From Catajapyx aquilonaris (lineage: Eukaryota): a stretch of DNA of 43,959 nt. The stretch covers positions 62,001 to 105,959 of the forward strand of contig KZ538199.1 in the NCBI GenBank assembly GCA_000934665.2, read 5' to 3'. Of this stretch, positions 34,423 to 43,959 are shown piece by piece (positions within the stretch are counted from its first letter, which is position 1; each line of letters opens with the position of its first letter). The translations under genes were made by a program, and so were the position numbers. The notes below the pieces were generated by a model. That model saw only the letters and a list, made by a program, of their open reading frames with translations, did not search any database and was not told the origin of the DNA.

Positions 34423-34638
34423 CACAGTGTTCTAAGTTCGTGGGTCGTTATTAGTCATAACTGATATCTCCCGAAGTAGTTATTTTTGTGTAGTTTGTGC
34501 CCCGAACCAGGTGCCCCATTACTCCCAGGTGGTCGCTTATGGAATAGGGCACCTGGATCGGGGCACAAGCTACACAAAAATAACTACTTCAGGAGATAAT
34601 AGTTATGACAAAATGACCCACGAACTTGGAGCACCATG
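34423..34638. mobile_element. Tc1/mariner-type MITE family CAGGGTGTTCC, full copy
   Basis: TA|cacagtgttctaagttcgtgggtc...gacccacgaacttggagcaccatg|TA, with ~95-bp arms. Confidence 0.87.
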
Positions 34639-36892
34639 TATATTACATATTTAAAATTAACTGATGCGTGAAATATTAGGCTTAAAATGAATTGGTATTT
34701 TTAAGCTTTACCCCGTTAGAGGGAACAGAGCTGGTTAAGGGAGGTGGATTACCACCATGAATTGGTTATTTTCACGTTTAAAAGCTGCTAGAAACATTTT
34801 GAAGCAGAGAAAACAAATTAGTGATTCGCACCATTCACAGCCATTATAATGCTCGGCTAGTTTTACAAGACGCAGTAAGAGGTGAAATGGCGCGATTACA
34901 AGGAACGCTGCTCCTCATTACCACCGATGCCAAATTACGTCCGAGTTAAGCACGCAAATAACTCAGCTCCCAGACTCTTAACAAGGCATTAATATGTTAA
35001 TGGCGCCTTCCGGCGTCAACAGAATATTTGGCACCCAACTTTACGAGTCCTCTACCCTTAGCTTCCATAGAATCCCCGCCAATAATTCCATGGGGTTGGC
35101 GAAGGGACCAGATTTACTGAGCAATGCTGGTATTAGAAGCGATTTTTCGGACGGTGTGTAACGTCAGCATGGTGCTTCTTCTTTTTCCTCTCAGGGCATG
35201 TCTCTGGAGAGATGCCTTTTTCTGGAGCGGTTCAGGGAGGGAAGCCCCCGATTGATTCCATTAGTGGGAGCTTATCGGCTGTGATTCAACACGAACCGAT
35301 CGGGGGGGCCTTTATCTGGGACATCGGGAGGATGAAGGGGACAGCGTCCCCTCACATCCACACCCATCTTTTTTTCCCCCCCACACTTCGGTTCGTGCCC
35401 TATAAGAATATCGGGATTTGGATTGTCTCCGGGGGGTCTGATGCACTCACCAGTATGTTAGCAATTGTAGTAGCCATATAGGGATGAGATACATAGGCCT
35501 TAAATTTTGTGCAAAAAAAAAAAAAACACCAATTTTTTTGAACAGGGGCGAAGTACGCAAATGGGGCGAAGCCCTATCGCCGAGCGTAGCGACTTATAGC
35601 CTATTATAATTTTGCACAGTATTTCTAGCAATATGCAATTTTTAGAAATGTATTAACAGTTAATTTGAGCTCACTCGTTGAAAACGCGACGTTTTTTCCG
35701 TCGCGTAACTTGTAGGAGGGACGGATGAAAGGCGACGTTTACAGCCAGCTATTTTATGGAAACTGCTTCGGGAAAATTGGTAAATTTGCTGCATATTTGC
35801 GAGCTCCGTGCGTGATGGCCCTGGAAAAGGGCCATTGGGGCACAGTGTAATCGGCTTATGGCCGTAACTTGTTGGGAGCAGCATTGTTACCGCGGGCATT
35901 ACCAGGCCCCATTTGAGTGACGGTAAGAGGGGGGGCCCTGGGCCAGAGAGAGGGGGGGTTTTGCAAGCCGGCTCAAAAGGAGAGGACGTAACTGGCCTTA
36001 AGAGCCATTCTCCACTTAGCATCGATTTGCCCCCACTAATTTACTCCCCCGGATTTTCTCAGACGTCCCTTTATTATGATTACGTCTATTACAACCTCCC
36101 CCTGACTGCTTATTATTATTATTGTGACTACATTTTGCGCAGGTGTCCGCCAAACCAGTCCGACACATTTTTCCAATGCTAATTGGAAATATGCAAATCC
36201 TCACCCCTTTTTGGGACATGACTGCCCATTTGAACGTAATGGCCACTGCTTGGAACTATTTGCTCCCCCCTAGACTTTACGGGCTACTAAAATCAAACGG
36301 AAAAGGAGTTTTATAGTGTCAAGTAGCGATGCCGTCACCATTCCAATCCTCATCCCCCTGCTATTTATGCTCACAGTTTTAGGAAGCTACAGGGGGTGCC
36401 CAAAAGTTTTGATCAGTATGTTATGTGATTTGGTGTCGATGTTGGATAGCTGATTACTAGAAAAGGCATCCCCCCCTCCTTTTGTGGATGGGACTCTATC
36501 CAAGCAAGAGATGAAGTATAGAGGGTGGGCAGTAAGGGGAGGTGGAGAGGCTGCTACCATTAGTCTTCATTCCTGTCACGACTCTAGGAAGCTCTTCTGA
36601 TTATCTTTACGCCTGGGATCAGCCAGAAAAAGGTACTGGAGACAACTTTACCCACATATGTAGGATTTGGGGGCCGCTTGGGAGTTCCCTTTCACCTGCG
36701 TCGGGAGTGGCGTTGGAGGACTCCCGGGGGACTGCACATGGTCCAAACTTAGACATTGCACCTGCACCCATGTCCCCTCCCCGAAAATATCTATCCTTAC
36801 CTAATGTCCTTGATTCCTTGTACCGGAGATTGAAGTTAAACCAATCCGAAAACTGACGGTGGTGTGCCACCCCCCAAAAAGGCCCATGGAGG

Positions 36893-37356
36893 TAGGGCTG
36901 TGCCAGGGGNNNNNNNNNNNNNNNNNNNNNNNNNNNNNNNNNNNNNNNNNNNNNNNNNNNNNNNNNNNNNNNNNNNNNNNNNNNNNNNNNNNNNNNNNNN
37001 NNNNNNNNNNNNNNNNNNNNNNNNNNNNNNNNNNNNNNNNNNNNNNNNNNNNNNNNNNNNNNNNNNNNNNNNNNNNNNNNNNNNNNNNNNNNNNNNNNNN
37101 NNNNNNNNNNNNNNNNNNNCCCCCCCCCCCCCTCTAGAAAAACTTGCTGGATCCGCCACTGGGCTGTGCGATATCCGAAATTGCATATCGACTTTCGATA
37201 CTCAAAATATCGCATCGAAGTCGATATATCGAAAATCGAAAAACCGACATCGCGATAATCGATACATCGCACATGCCAAGCGTCGGATATCGCAACTTCG
37301 ATATTAGGAAAATATCGCATCGACACTCGATGTATCGAAATAGCCGCACAGCCCTA
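36893..37356. mobile_element. hAT MITE (TAGGGCTGTGCG TIR) with perfect 8-bp TSD
   Basis: catggagg|tagggctgtgc...cgcacagcccta|catggagg; body rich in ATCG repeats. Confidence 0.93.
36904..37161. mobile_element. hAT-type MITE (CAG(G/T)GG...GGATCCGCCACTG) inserted in the TIR of the previous element; mostly N gap
   Basis: Perfect 8-bp TSD ggctgtgc at 36896-36903 and 37162-37169. Confidence 0.88.
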
Positions 37357-38480
37357 CATGGAGGCATATCACGGGGTAAAATAAATATTTTAAAATAATC
37401 ATAAAAATATGTAGCGGATTTGACTCAATTTTTTAAAAAAAATATCAGCCAGTGGGTCAGTTGTGTCCGGGTTGACTCGCAGTGGGCATGTTCAGCTCCA
37501 GGTTAGTGGTTGCTGATTATAGATATTCTACTAATATCGCTAGAAGTGATCGGTAAAAATATATGAAAATTTGTGTTTTTTTTTGTCTATTGTTGAGGAA
37601 ATAGGGGGTGGGGGCCCCCCCGTAGCATATTTTTCTAGATTAATCCGAAAAAATGGGAGGGAGGCGAATTTCACGCTCTGCAGGAGGAAAGATGAAATAA
37701 GTGAAAGCATGGCTGGGTCCCTCCCTGATGCATAGGAGGGGGAAAGGACGGAAGGAAGGAAGATGCCGCTGGCCACCCAACCAATTCTCCAGAGGGAAAT
37801 TGAGTTAAACAGAAGCAAACACTGGTGTATCAGATCAACTTATGTCCCCCGTGGCAACTTAATAGGATGATTCTATACTAGTCGACCCTCTTCATTTCAC
37901 CAGGATCGCCTACAGATGTTCGTATGTAATAGTGTTTAAAAACTACTACACAATATTGGTGTCAGTGCTAATAATAATAATTTACAGATTTATTTTTTTT
38001 GCTAGTGTTTCACACGTGATCTGGCCATATCTGCATATTGAGTTAACAAAAAAGGGCATGTGGGAAACACTAAGCATAACCCCAGAGGAAGAAAAAAAAC
38101 TTAATTAATCCTGGACGCCAGCAGAGTAATGATGTATGGGGATGCTAAATTGTGAGGCAGCTTTGAAAAGGAGCTGTTTGTCTTTTAGGATTCCTGGATG
38201 GATGTTATTTATATTAGGAATGTGAAGTGATGCGTCAGGCATAAAAGCAAAGGCTGTTTGAAGAAAAACATCTGTTTCATATTCATTTTGATGCCATAAA
38301 AGCTGTTGAATGCAGGCATAATGTGCGTCTATCATGTTTCAGTGACCCTCGCAGACAGATGGCGAGCCACCACCAACCAAACAAAAACTTGGGATCTTTA
38401 CATGCCTGTATCTGAAACCAAAATGTAGGCGAAATGTCCATATATTCATTGAGCCAGCAAGTGTTGATTTTCTGTACAGT

Positions 38481-38731
38481 ATCATCGCGTCATACTGCTA
38501 GTTCCTATGCGGCATACGTGCAAATCGAAGTGATACAGTGCGAGCCGTGCGAGTAAGAAATGGTACCCCTTGGGTGACGTCACTGGCTGGGGACAACCCT
38601 TTTCTCCATTGCCCCCCAGCCGATGACGTTACTCAAGGACTACCTCTTCTTACTCGCACGGATCTCTATCACTTCGATTTGCATGTATGCCGCATCAGGA
38701 AATGTCGCAAGCAGTATGACGCGATCATGAT
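38481..38731. mobile_element. ~250-bp palindromic MITE
   Basis: atcgcgtcatactgct..atgcggcatacgtgcaaatcgaagtgata..ccgtgcgagtaagaa..tgacgtca.tggctgggg mirrored on the right. Confidence 0.88.
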
Positions 38732-38749
38732 CTTATAATACTAAGGTCT

Positions 38750-39320
38750 GGACACTCCCTCTTATCGCCTGCCGGAGTGTTTTGCATGGGGTGATCACTT
38801 GAGAGCGCCATGAGACCGCTTTTCACTGACTCTATTATGTGACGACCCTACCGGACTACGCTGAACTAAGGTAGAAGAGTAGCCGCTACCAGGGTCCCCT
38901 ACATGGTTGCCTCCTCCACCCTAACCAGGGTATTGTCTTCACATAGTCCTTATGGGGCGGCCATATTGGAGCTAGATTGCATGCTGCAGGATAGGAAATT
39001 GGGAAGCGATTCTTTTTTGTTTTTTTCAACTGTTTTTTTTCATATGGTTTTTTGCTATCTGACTTAGCTCCAATATGGCGGAGAGACAATACCCTGTCTA
39101 GGTGGGGGAGGCACTCATGGAGGTGACCCTGGCCGCTACATGCCGGCCCAACATGTCCGCCGGCGACCATGTTGGGTCCCCCAATGTAGCGCTTCCCTTT
39201 TGTACATATAAAGTTCAGCAGAGTCCGGTAGGGTCGCCACATAATACAGGAGTGGAAGGTCTCATGGCGCTCTCAGGTGAGCACCGGCAGGCGATAAGAT
39301 AAGATTGTAGGGGTAGTGTC
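38750..39320. mobile_element. ~570-bp foldback element
   Basis: cttatcgcctgccgg / ccggcaggcgataag; tgagagcgccatgagacc / ggtctcatggcgctctca; cgaccctaccggact / agtccggtagggtcg; gccatattggagcta / tagctccaatatggc. Confidence 0.9.
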
Positions 39321-39356
39321 CGGGGGCTGGACGCGATTAATGTCCAACACTGTACC

Positions 39357-39600
39357 CTCATGAGCTCCTCGACGTACGAGTTGCTCACGTGCCAGCTCCT
39401 CGATGCTCGAGCGACTCACGTACAAGCTTCTCGATATACGAGCGATTCACGTACCTGGTGTCCAACAAGAATTGTCGCAGCGGCAGCGCACGAACTACAG
39501 TCTCTCGTGTCCCTGTGCCCGTAGATTGTAGTTCGTGCGCTGCCGCTGCGACAATTCTTGTTGGACTGATAGTATACAAGCTACTCGTAAACAAGTATTT
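39357..39600 (+). repeat. ~30-bp degenerate minisatellite interrupted by a MITE
   Basis: tcacgtacaagcttctcgatatacgagcga-like units x3, resuming as tacaagctactcg after 39574. Confidence 0.7.
39454..39572. mobile_element. 119-bp hairpin MITE with TA flanks
   Basis: Perfect 40-bp arms gtccaacaagaattgtcgcagcggcagcgcacgaactaca (39460-39499 / 39527-39566). Confidence 0.9.
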
Positions 39601-41000
39601 TGTAGACTCATTGTAAAACTAGTTTTTTTGGAACCTAATGCCCATATCTAGTTCAAAATTTGTCCTCACCTGCTGACTTCCTAAGGGTCTATCCCCATAT
39701 CCAAGTCGAGGGTCAAGACGGATGCTAAGTGTAATCGAGTGGAAAATGCGGCCTTTAGCTTGGTGTCCAAGACGAATTGTCGTCAGGAAAAAATGTTGTC
39801 CACAAAAGAGGTTCTATAGGTCCCTCCCACCCAAGATGGCCTTCTGCATGTACAAACTGATGGCCCCTGTCCGAATCACAGCAGGACCCAGGAAACGGAC
39901 TTTTGCTGACTCCTGTGATTGCTTCTAGTGAATTGTCGCCCCCATTAGGTGCGGCTTGTATTTTGGGAGTTAGGCGAATCATAATCTGCCAAGGCGGAGT
40001 CATCCACTCGTGGATGAATAATACTCAAGTTTGTTCCCTAACTTGTTCATTAAGGAAGCTGAAAAAGGAATTTCTTGCAAAGGGGAACCCCCAAAATAAA
40101 TCCTTTGTTTCCGCAAAATTTATGTGTCTGCTAGAAAGGAGGACAAGACACGAAGAAAAGAGTCGAAATTCATCGGACGGCAGACGTTTCCGATTTGCAT
40201 GCGGGAAATATTCGTGAGGATAAATCGTAGTAGGGGGTGCGAAGGAAGGCGGGAAAAACTCATGTTGGGTGCGGTTTGCTGGAATGTGAAGCTAGTTCTC
40301 TTTCCGATAAAAAGACCCCAAAAAGTCGAGCCAGTAGCAGCCAGTAAATTTTCTGGGTTGGACGGGCCTCGTTTGTCAAACTGGGGTTGTAAGGAGGGAG
40401 AAAAGGGGAGGAAGGAGCGCATAAAGTTTAAAAGAAATGACAAGGAGCCATCCATATTGCCTTCCGTTCCGACTCCGTATCAATAATTGTGTCTTTTCAA
40501 TTTTTTTTCGTTCCTTCTCTTCGTGCTGCCGACTAATAGGCTAGATGCGCCGAATTTCCGACTTGTCATTTGTCAGTATAAATGTCCTAGGGTTGGGGTT
40601 TGTGTGGGGGGGTGTCCCCTATCCCTCCAAAAAATCCGGATGGTTCATCGTTTATGCTGGGTTTTTTTAATATAATGTGGCGTAGCAGGTGGCCTTGATT
40701 ACACATATTGGTTTTTACCATATTTGGATAGAATTGCAACTTTTGGTTTATTACAATATTTCATTTTGGGGGTTCTTCCAACAGAGGCAATTTTTACGTC
40801 GAATTTTAATACACTGTATTCCCGATTATTATTTATTTATTTATTTTTGTTACCCTGGTGGGCACAATGGCCATTGGAGGGAGACAAACCTAAAGAATAG
40901 GCACAACAAATTTACACTGACAGAAATTCCATATGTAAGAAAATTCAGTCTCCTTACAACGTTTTTTTGCAAAATGAAATGAGTTGAAAAGGGGAGGTGT

Positions 41001-41334
41001 ATAGATGGGCGAGATGGTAACGTCTCGGCTTGCTGAGTGAAAGGCCCCAGGTTCGATCCCCGCCTGGGGAACTTTCCTTTCACCTGCGTCAGGAGGGTCT
41101 CTGACCTGCACCAAGGAGGTGTCTGGCAACCTAACCTCCTTACCGACCCCTTTACCGACATTGCACTTTGCACCAATGTTCCCTCCCCAAAAATCCCTAT
41201 ATCCTTACCTCATGTCCTTTCATCCTTGCACCGGAGTTAGAGGGGAAAAAAAAATCAGAAAATTGAAGGAAAAATGGTGGTATTCCACACCCCTATAAGG
41301 GCCTATGGCCCTATCACTATCACTATCACTATCA
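41001..41334 (+). mobile_element. Full-length tRNA-derived SINE with (CTATCA)n tail
   Basis: A box-like tgggcgagatgg 41006-41017 and B box ggttcgatccc 41050-41060; body shared with 36681; tail ggtggtattccacacccctataagggcc..gccctatcactatcac. Confidence 0.9.
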
Positions 41335-43411
41335 TGTAAGTGCATATTTTTTTAAAGACTTTTTCATGTGTGCTCATGATTATAATGTCTTAAAACGATT
41401 TCTATTGGACGAATGCCTCCTATAATAATTTGAGGGTTGTGAATAAATTGCGGGCATCCAGAGGAAGCACCCAGCTTTGAAGGGGAGGGAGGTTCATCGA
41501 AGCCTATTATGATAATGGTGACATCCACAAGTGAAGCAGCGGCCTAGTCTTATGCAAATGGACCAGAGCCATGAATCCCTAATCTGATGCCATCTTGCAT
41601 GGCTTCCCCTTTTGGAGAGGAGGAGGAGGAGGAGATGGGAATATGCAGGGTTCTGCAGTCAAGATTGCCGCCAAAAGCTCGCCTCTTATGCAAATGAAAG
41701 TCGGTAGGGTGGGTGGGGGTTGGGTGGAAAATGACCCATTAGGGCATATGCCATGGTTGCTAGAAAAAGGAAGGGAGGGGGGGGGGACCATACCATGTCC
41801 ACCAATTTCTAAGCCTCCTAATAGCAATGCAAACCCTATTTTTTGCACACGACCCCTTTTTTTTTCTTTATCCGAGGCGAATTTCCGCACGATTCTAAGT
41901 GTTAATTTATTCTGGTAGTTTCCAACCAAGGCGATAAAGTCTTGGGGAGGAGCTGGCAGATTAAAAATATGAAAAGGGGGTATGCAAATGAGCCGACGCT
42001 TAATAAGTTATCGTGTAGGGGTTGAGCCAAGGGTTGAGCTCCTGTATAAAAAAATGGGATAATTTTTATCAGTTATGTTTGACATAGTGTACAAACACAG
42101 GTGCGGACTTATAGCTATTTTGTGGCGACCTAAATGCTTGGGACGAATTTTTGGGAGTTTTTGGCATGAGTTTTGGGGTTAAACAGTGCGGGAGGTTGAA
42201 TTCCGCTGGCATGGTTCCAACCGGGTTGACTTATCATGGGTACATCCATCACCACTTGGAGCCTTCTGTAGGTGACTAGCTCTTTGGGGGCTGACATTTT
42301 TTTTTTTTTAAAAGGGCTCCTTTTTTGACAGCATGCTTTTGAAGAGGACTCTCGAAGGATGAGGGGATGGACCAGAAGACCTTTACAACTCATCTGCTCT
42401 CGAGAGGAGGACTCTTCGTTTTTGACACCTAGCCGACAAAATTTAAATTATGGCTTCTAGCACCCTGTGGAAAAAATGATCCTCTTGATGGCATTTTAGG
42501 CATCGATTATTATCAGTTTTAAGAGGGGAAAGGATGTGTACAATACATAAGACGCAATACATTTAAAAAAAATAATGAATCGTAACTAATTGCAGTTCAT
42601 GTCGTGTAAATGAGGTAGTAATATGTCACCAGTAACTGATTGGATACATAATATTTCGTGACACCCTCAGTAAGTACCGTTATTATTGAGGGTTACAGTT
42701 ATGTACAAATTTAACTCCCCTTTTTAGTTACAATCACGTTTAGGTCCACTTGGAGTAAAATTGCATTACGTATTCGTCCCTAAACTTTAGTGCTCATAAT
42801 TTTAAAAGCTATTTTACGAACAAAGGGAAACCAACTGAGACCAGCAATAATACTGGCGCAGAACTGATTTTATAGGCTATACTGTAATGTACTTAGATAT
42901 TAAATTTCTGAATTGTTAGTTGAAATCAGTTTAGGTATGAAACAAGTGTCTACAAATATTCTATTATTATTAGCCAATTATTTTAACCAAACTATTCCTT
43001 CTGCAAACACTATTGGCACCTCTTATATAGGACCCCTTGAAACAATTTTTCAATTAGGTTTTTCCGCATCTGCCCCTTCTTAGCTATCACAAAGAGTAAT
43101 GTCCTCGCATGCAATATTGGGGCTAGCTCGACACAAAAAAATAGTACCTTCTAGAAACCTTGGGGTCGTCATTAGAGGGAACAAATAACCAGAGCAAAGT
43201 TCCCTTCCTTAGGCCTAATTTTAGCCAGTAGCTCGCAAAGGCCCGCATTTGACGCTTGGCAAGCACCGACCTAAAAATCCCCATGACTGAACACCCCGGA
43301 ATTAGCTTCTCAACAAATGGCCAACCCTGCCCAAAAGGAAGAATTTAGTTCTTTTCTGGAGTCAGAATCACCGGAGAAACCCAACATAATGGTACTACAC
43401 AGAAACACATA

Positions 43412-43447
43412 GTCAGTTGACTACTTCACCTTTGGTAGTCAACTGAC
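43412..43447. repeat. Short perfect hairpin
   Basis: gtcagttgactac - 10 nt - gtagtcaactgac (13-bp arms). Confidence 0.6.
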
Positions 43448-43645
43448 CCACAGGTGGACAGTGGTCTCCATAAGGCTGGGATAGGAGTTGCAGTTGGCTG
43501 GTCGACTCTTAGCAAATATTGTACTTTCTATTTATTCCAGAAGTTAGACCCTGCGTAGGCTACTTTTTAGACATTTTTTTCTCATTAATGATATTATATT
43601 ATTATATTAGACTTTTCTCATAAAGTTATTTTATTTTTATTTTAC

Positions 43646-43924
43646 CACGTGATAGGGCGGAGCCCTTTTAGGGGGTGGCATACCACCGTCTTCCTTAGAT
43701 TTTTCTGGCTCTTACTTCACACTAATCACACATGGGTGGGGTCAAGGATAGGGACGGAAGGAAGCGGCTGTGGCCTGTTTTTACGGAAACGATCCCGGAA
43801 TTATCCTGGGGGTACCGTGGGAAACCACAGAAAACCACGTTCAGGGTCGTCGGCCCCGGGATTCGAACCCAGGACCTCCCGATTAGCAGGCGGACTCCAT
43901 ATCCACTACACCAACCTGCTAGGT
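43646..43924 (-). mobile_element. Full-length tRNA-derived SINE with Nin-like central domain
   Basis: Minus strand: A box TGGTGTAGTGG, loop CTGCTAA, B box GGTTCGAATCC, GTGGTTTTCTGTGGTTTCCC..CCAGGATAATTCCGGGATCG..AGGCCACAGCCGCTTCCTTCC, tail ACGGTGGTATGCCACCCCCTAAAAGGGC..GCCCTATCAC. Confidence 0.93.
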
Positions 43925-43959
43925 AAAAAAGTTTTATTTTATTATATTTTATTATATTT

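Larger units (their letters stand above)
36681..37390 (+). mobile_element. 5'-truncated SINE (family of 41001) with its tail split by nested hAT MITEs
   Basis: cctttcacctgcgtc.ggag..gacattgcac..tatccttacct.atgtcctt..accggag..ggtggtgtgccaccccc; tail resumes as catatcacggggtaaaataaata at 37365. Confidence 0.85.

Noticed and set aside
40120..40486. Overlapping 111/120-aa ORFs on both strands
   Set aside because: No motifs, convincing splice context or codon signal that I can support
41001..41070. tRNA gene
   Set aside because: Has A/B boxes but no proper cloverleaf and continues into a repeated SINE body and tail
43845..43924. tRNA-Ser(GCT) gene on the minus strand (also 32465-32540)
   Set aside because: Acceptor stem does not pair and there is no long variable arm; it is the head of a SINE, with a TSD in the other copy

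Overview
Repeat-dense genomic DNA from an invertebrate animal (tRNA-derived SINEs, mariner/Tc1/hAT/Harbinger MITEs, a spliceosomal-type acceptor). It is a gapped assembly with N's at poly-C/G runs. There is no intact protein-coding gene, rRNA, genuine tRNA or CRISPR, and almost all track ORFs are repeat or gap artefacts. The one good coding candidate is a terminal exon at 721-909 (+). Region 2.65-17.5 kb is a modular tandem mega-array of a ~188-bp satellite, a 111-bp hairpin, a ~1-kb foldback and eight copies of a mariner MITE whose two arms both derive from the transposase 3' end; these copies were amplified with their flanks rather than by transposition. Region ~18.5-24.2 kb is a Russian-doll palindrome: old ~1.3-kb inverted arms enclosing further inverted-repeat elements. 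Region 24.6-26.5 kb is a TIR element carrying apparent Penelope-like RT remnants and an inverted-plus-tandem pLTR-like repeat. The rest has a tandem unit showing filled and empty MITE sites, two SINE families sharing one 3' tail, nested insertions with exact TSDs, and TE-poor unique stretches. All alignments were done by eye, so boundaries of old repeats are approximate.
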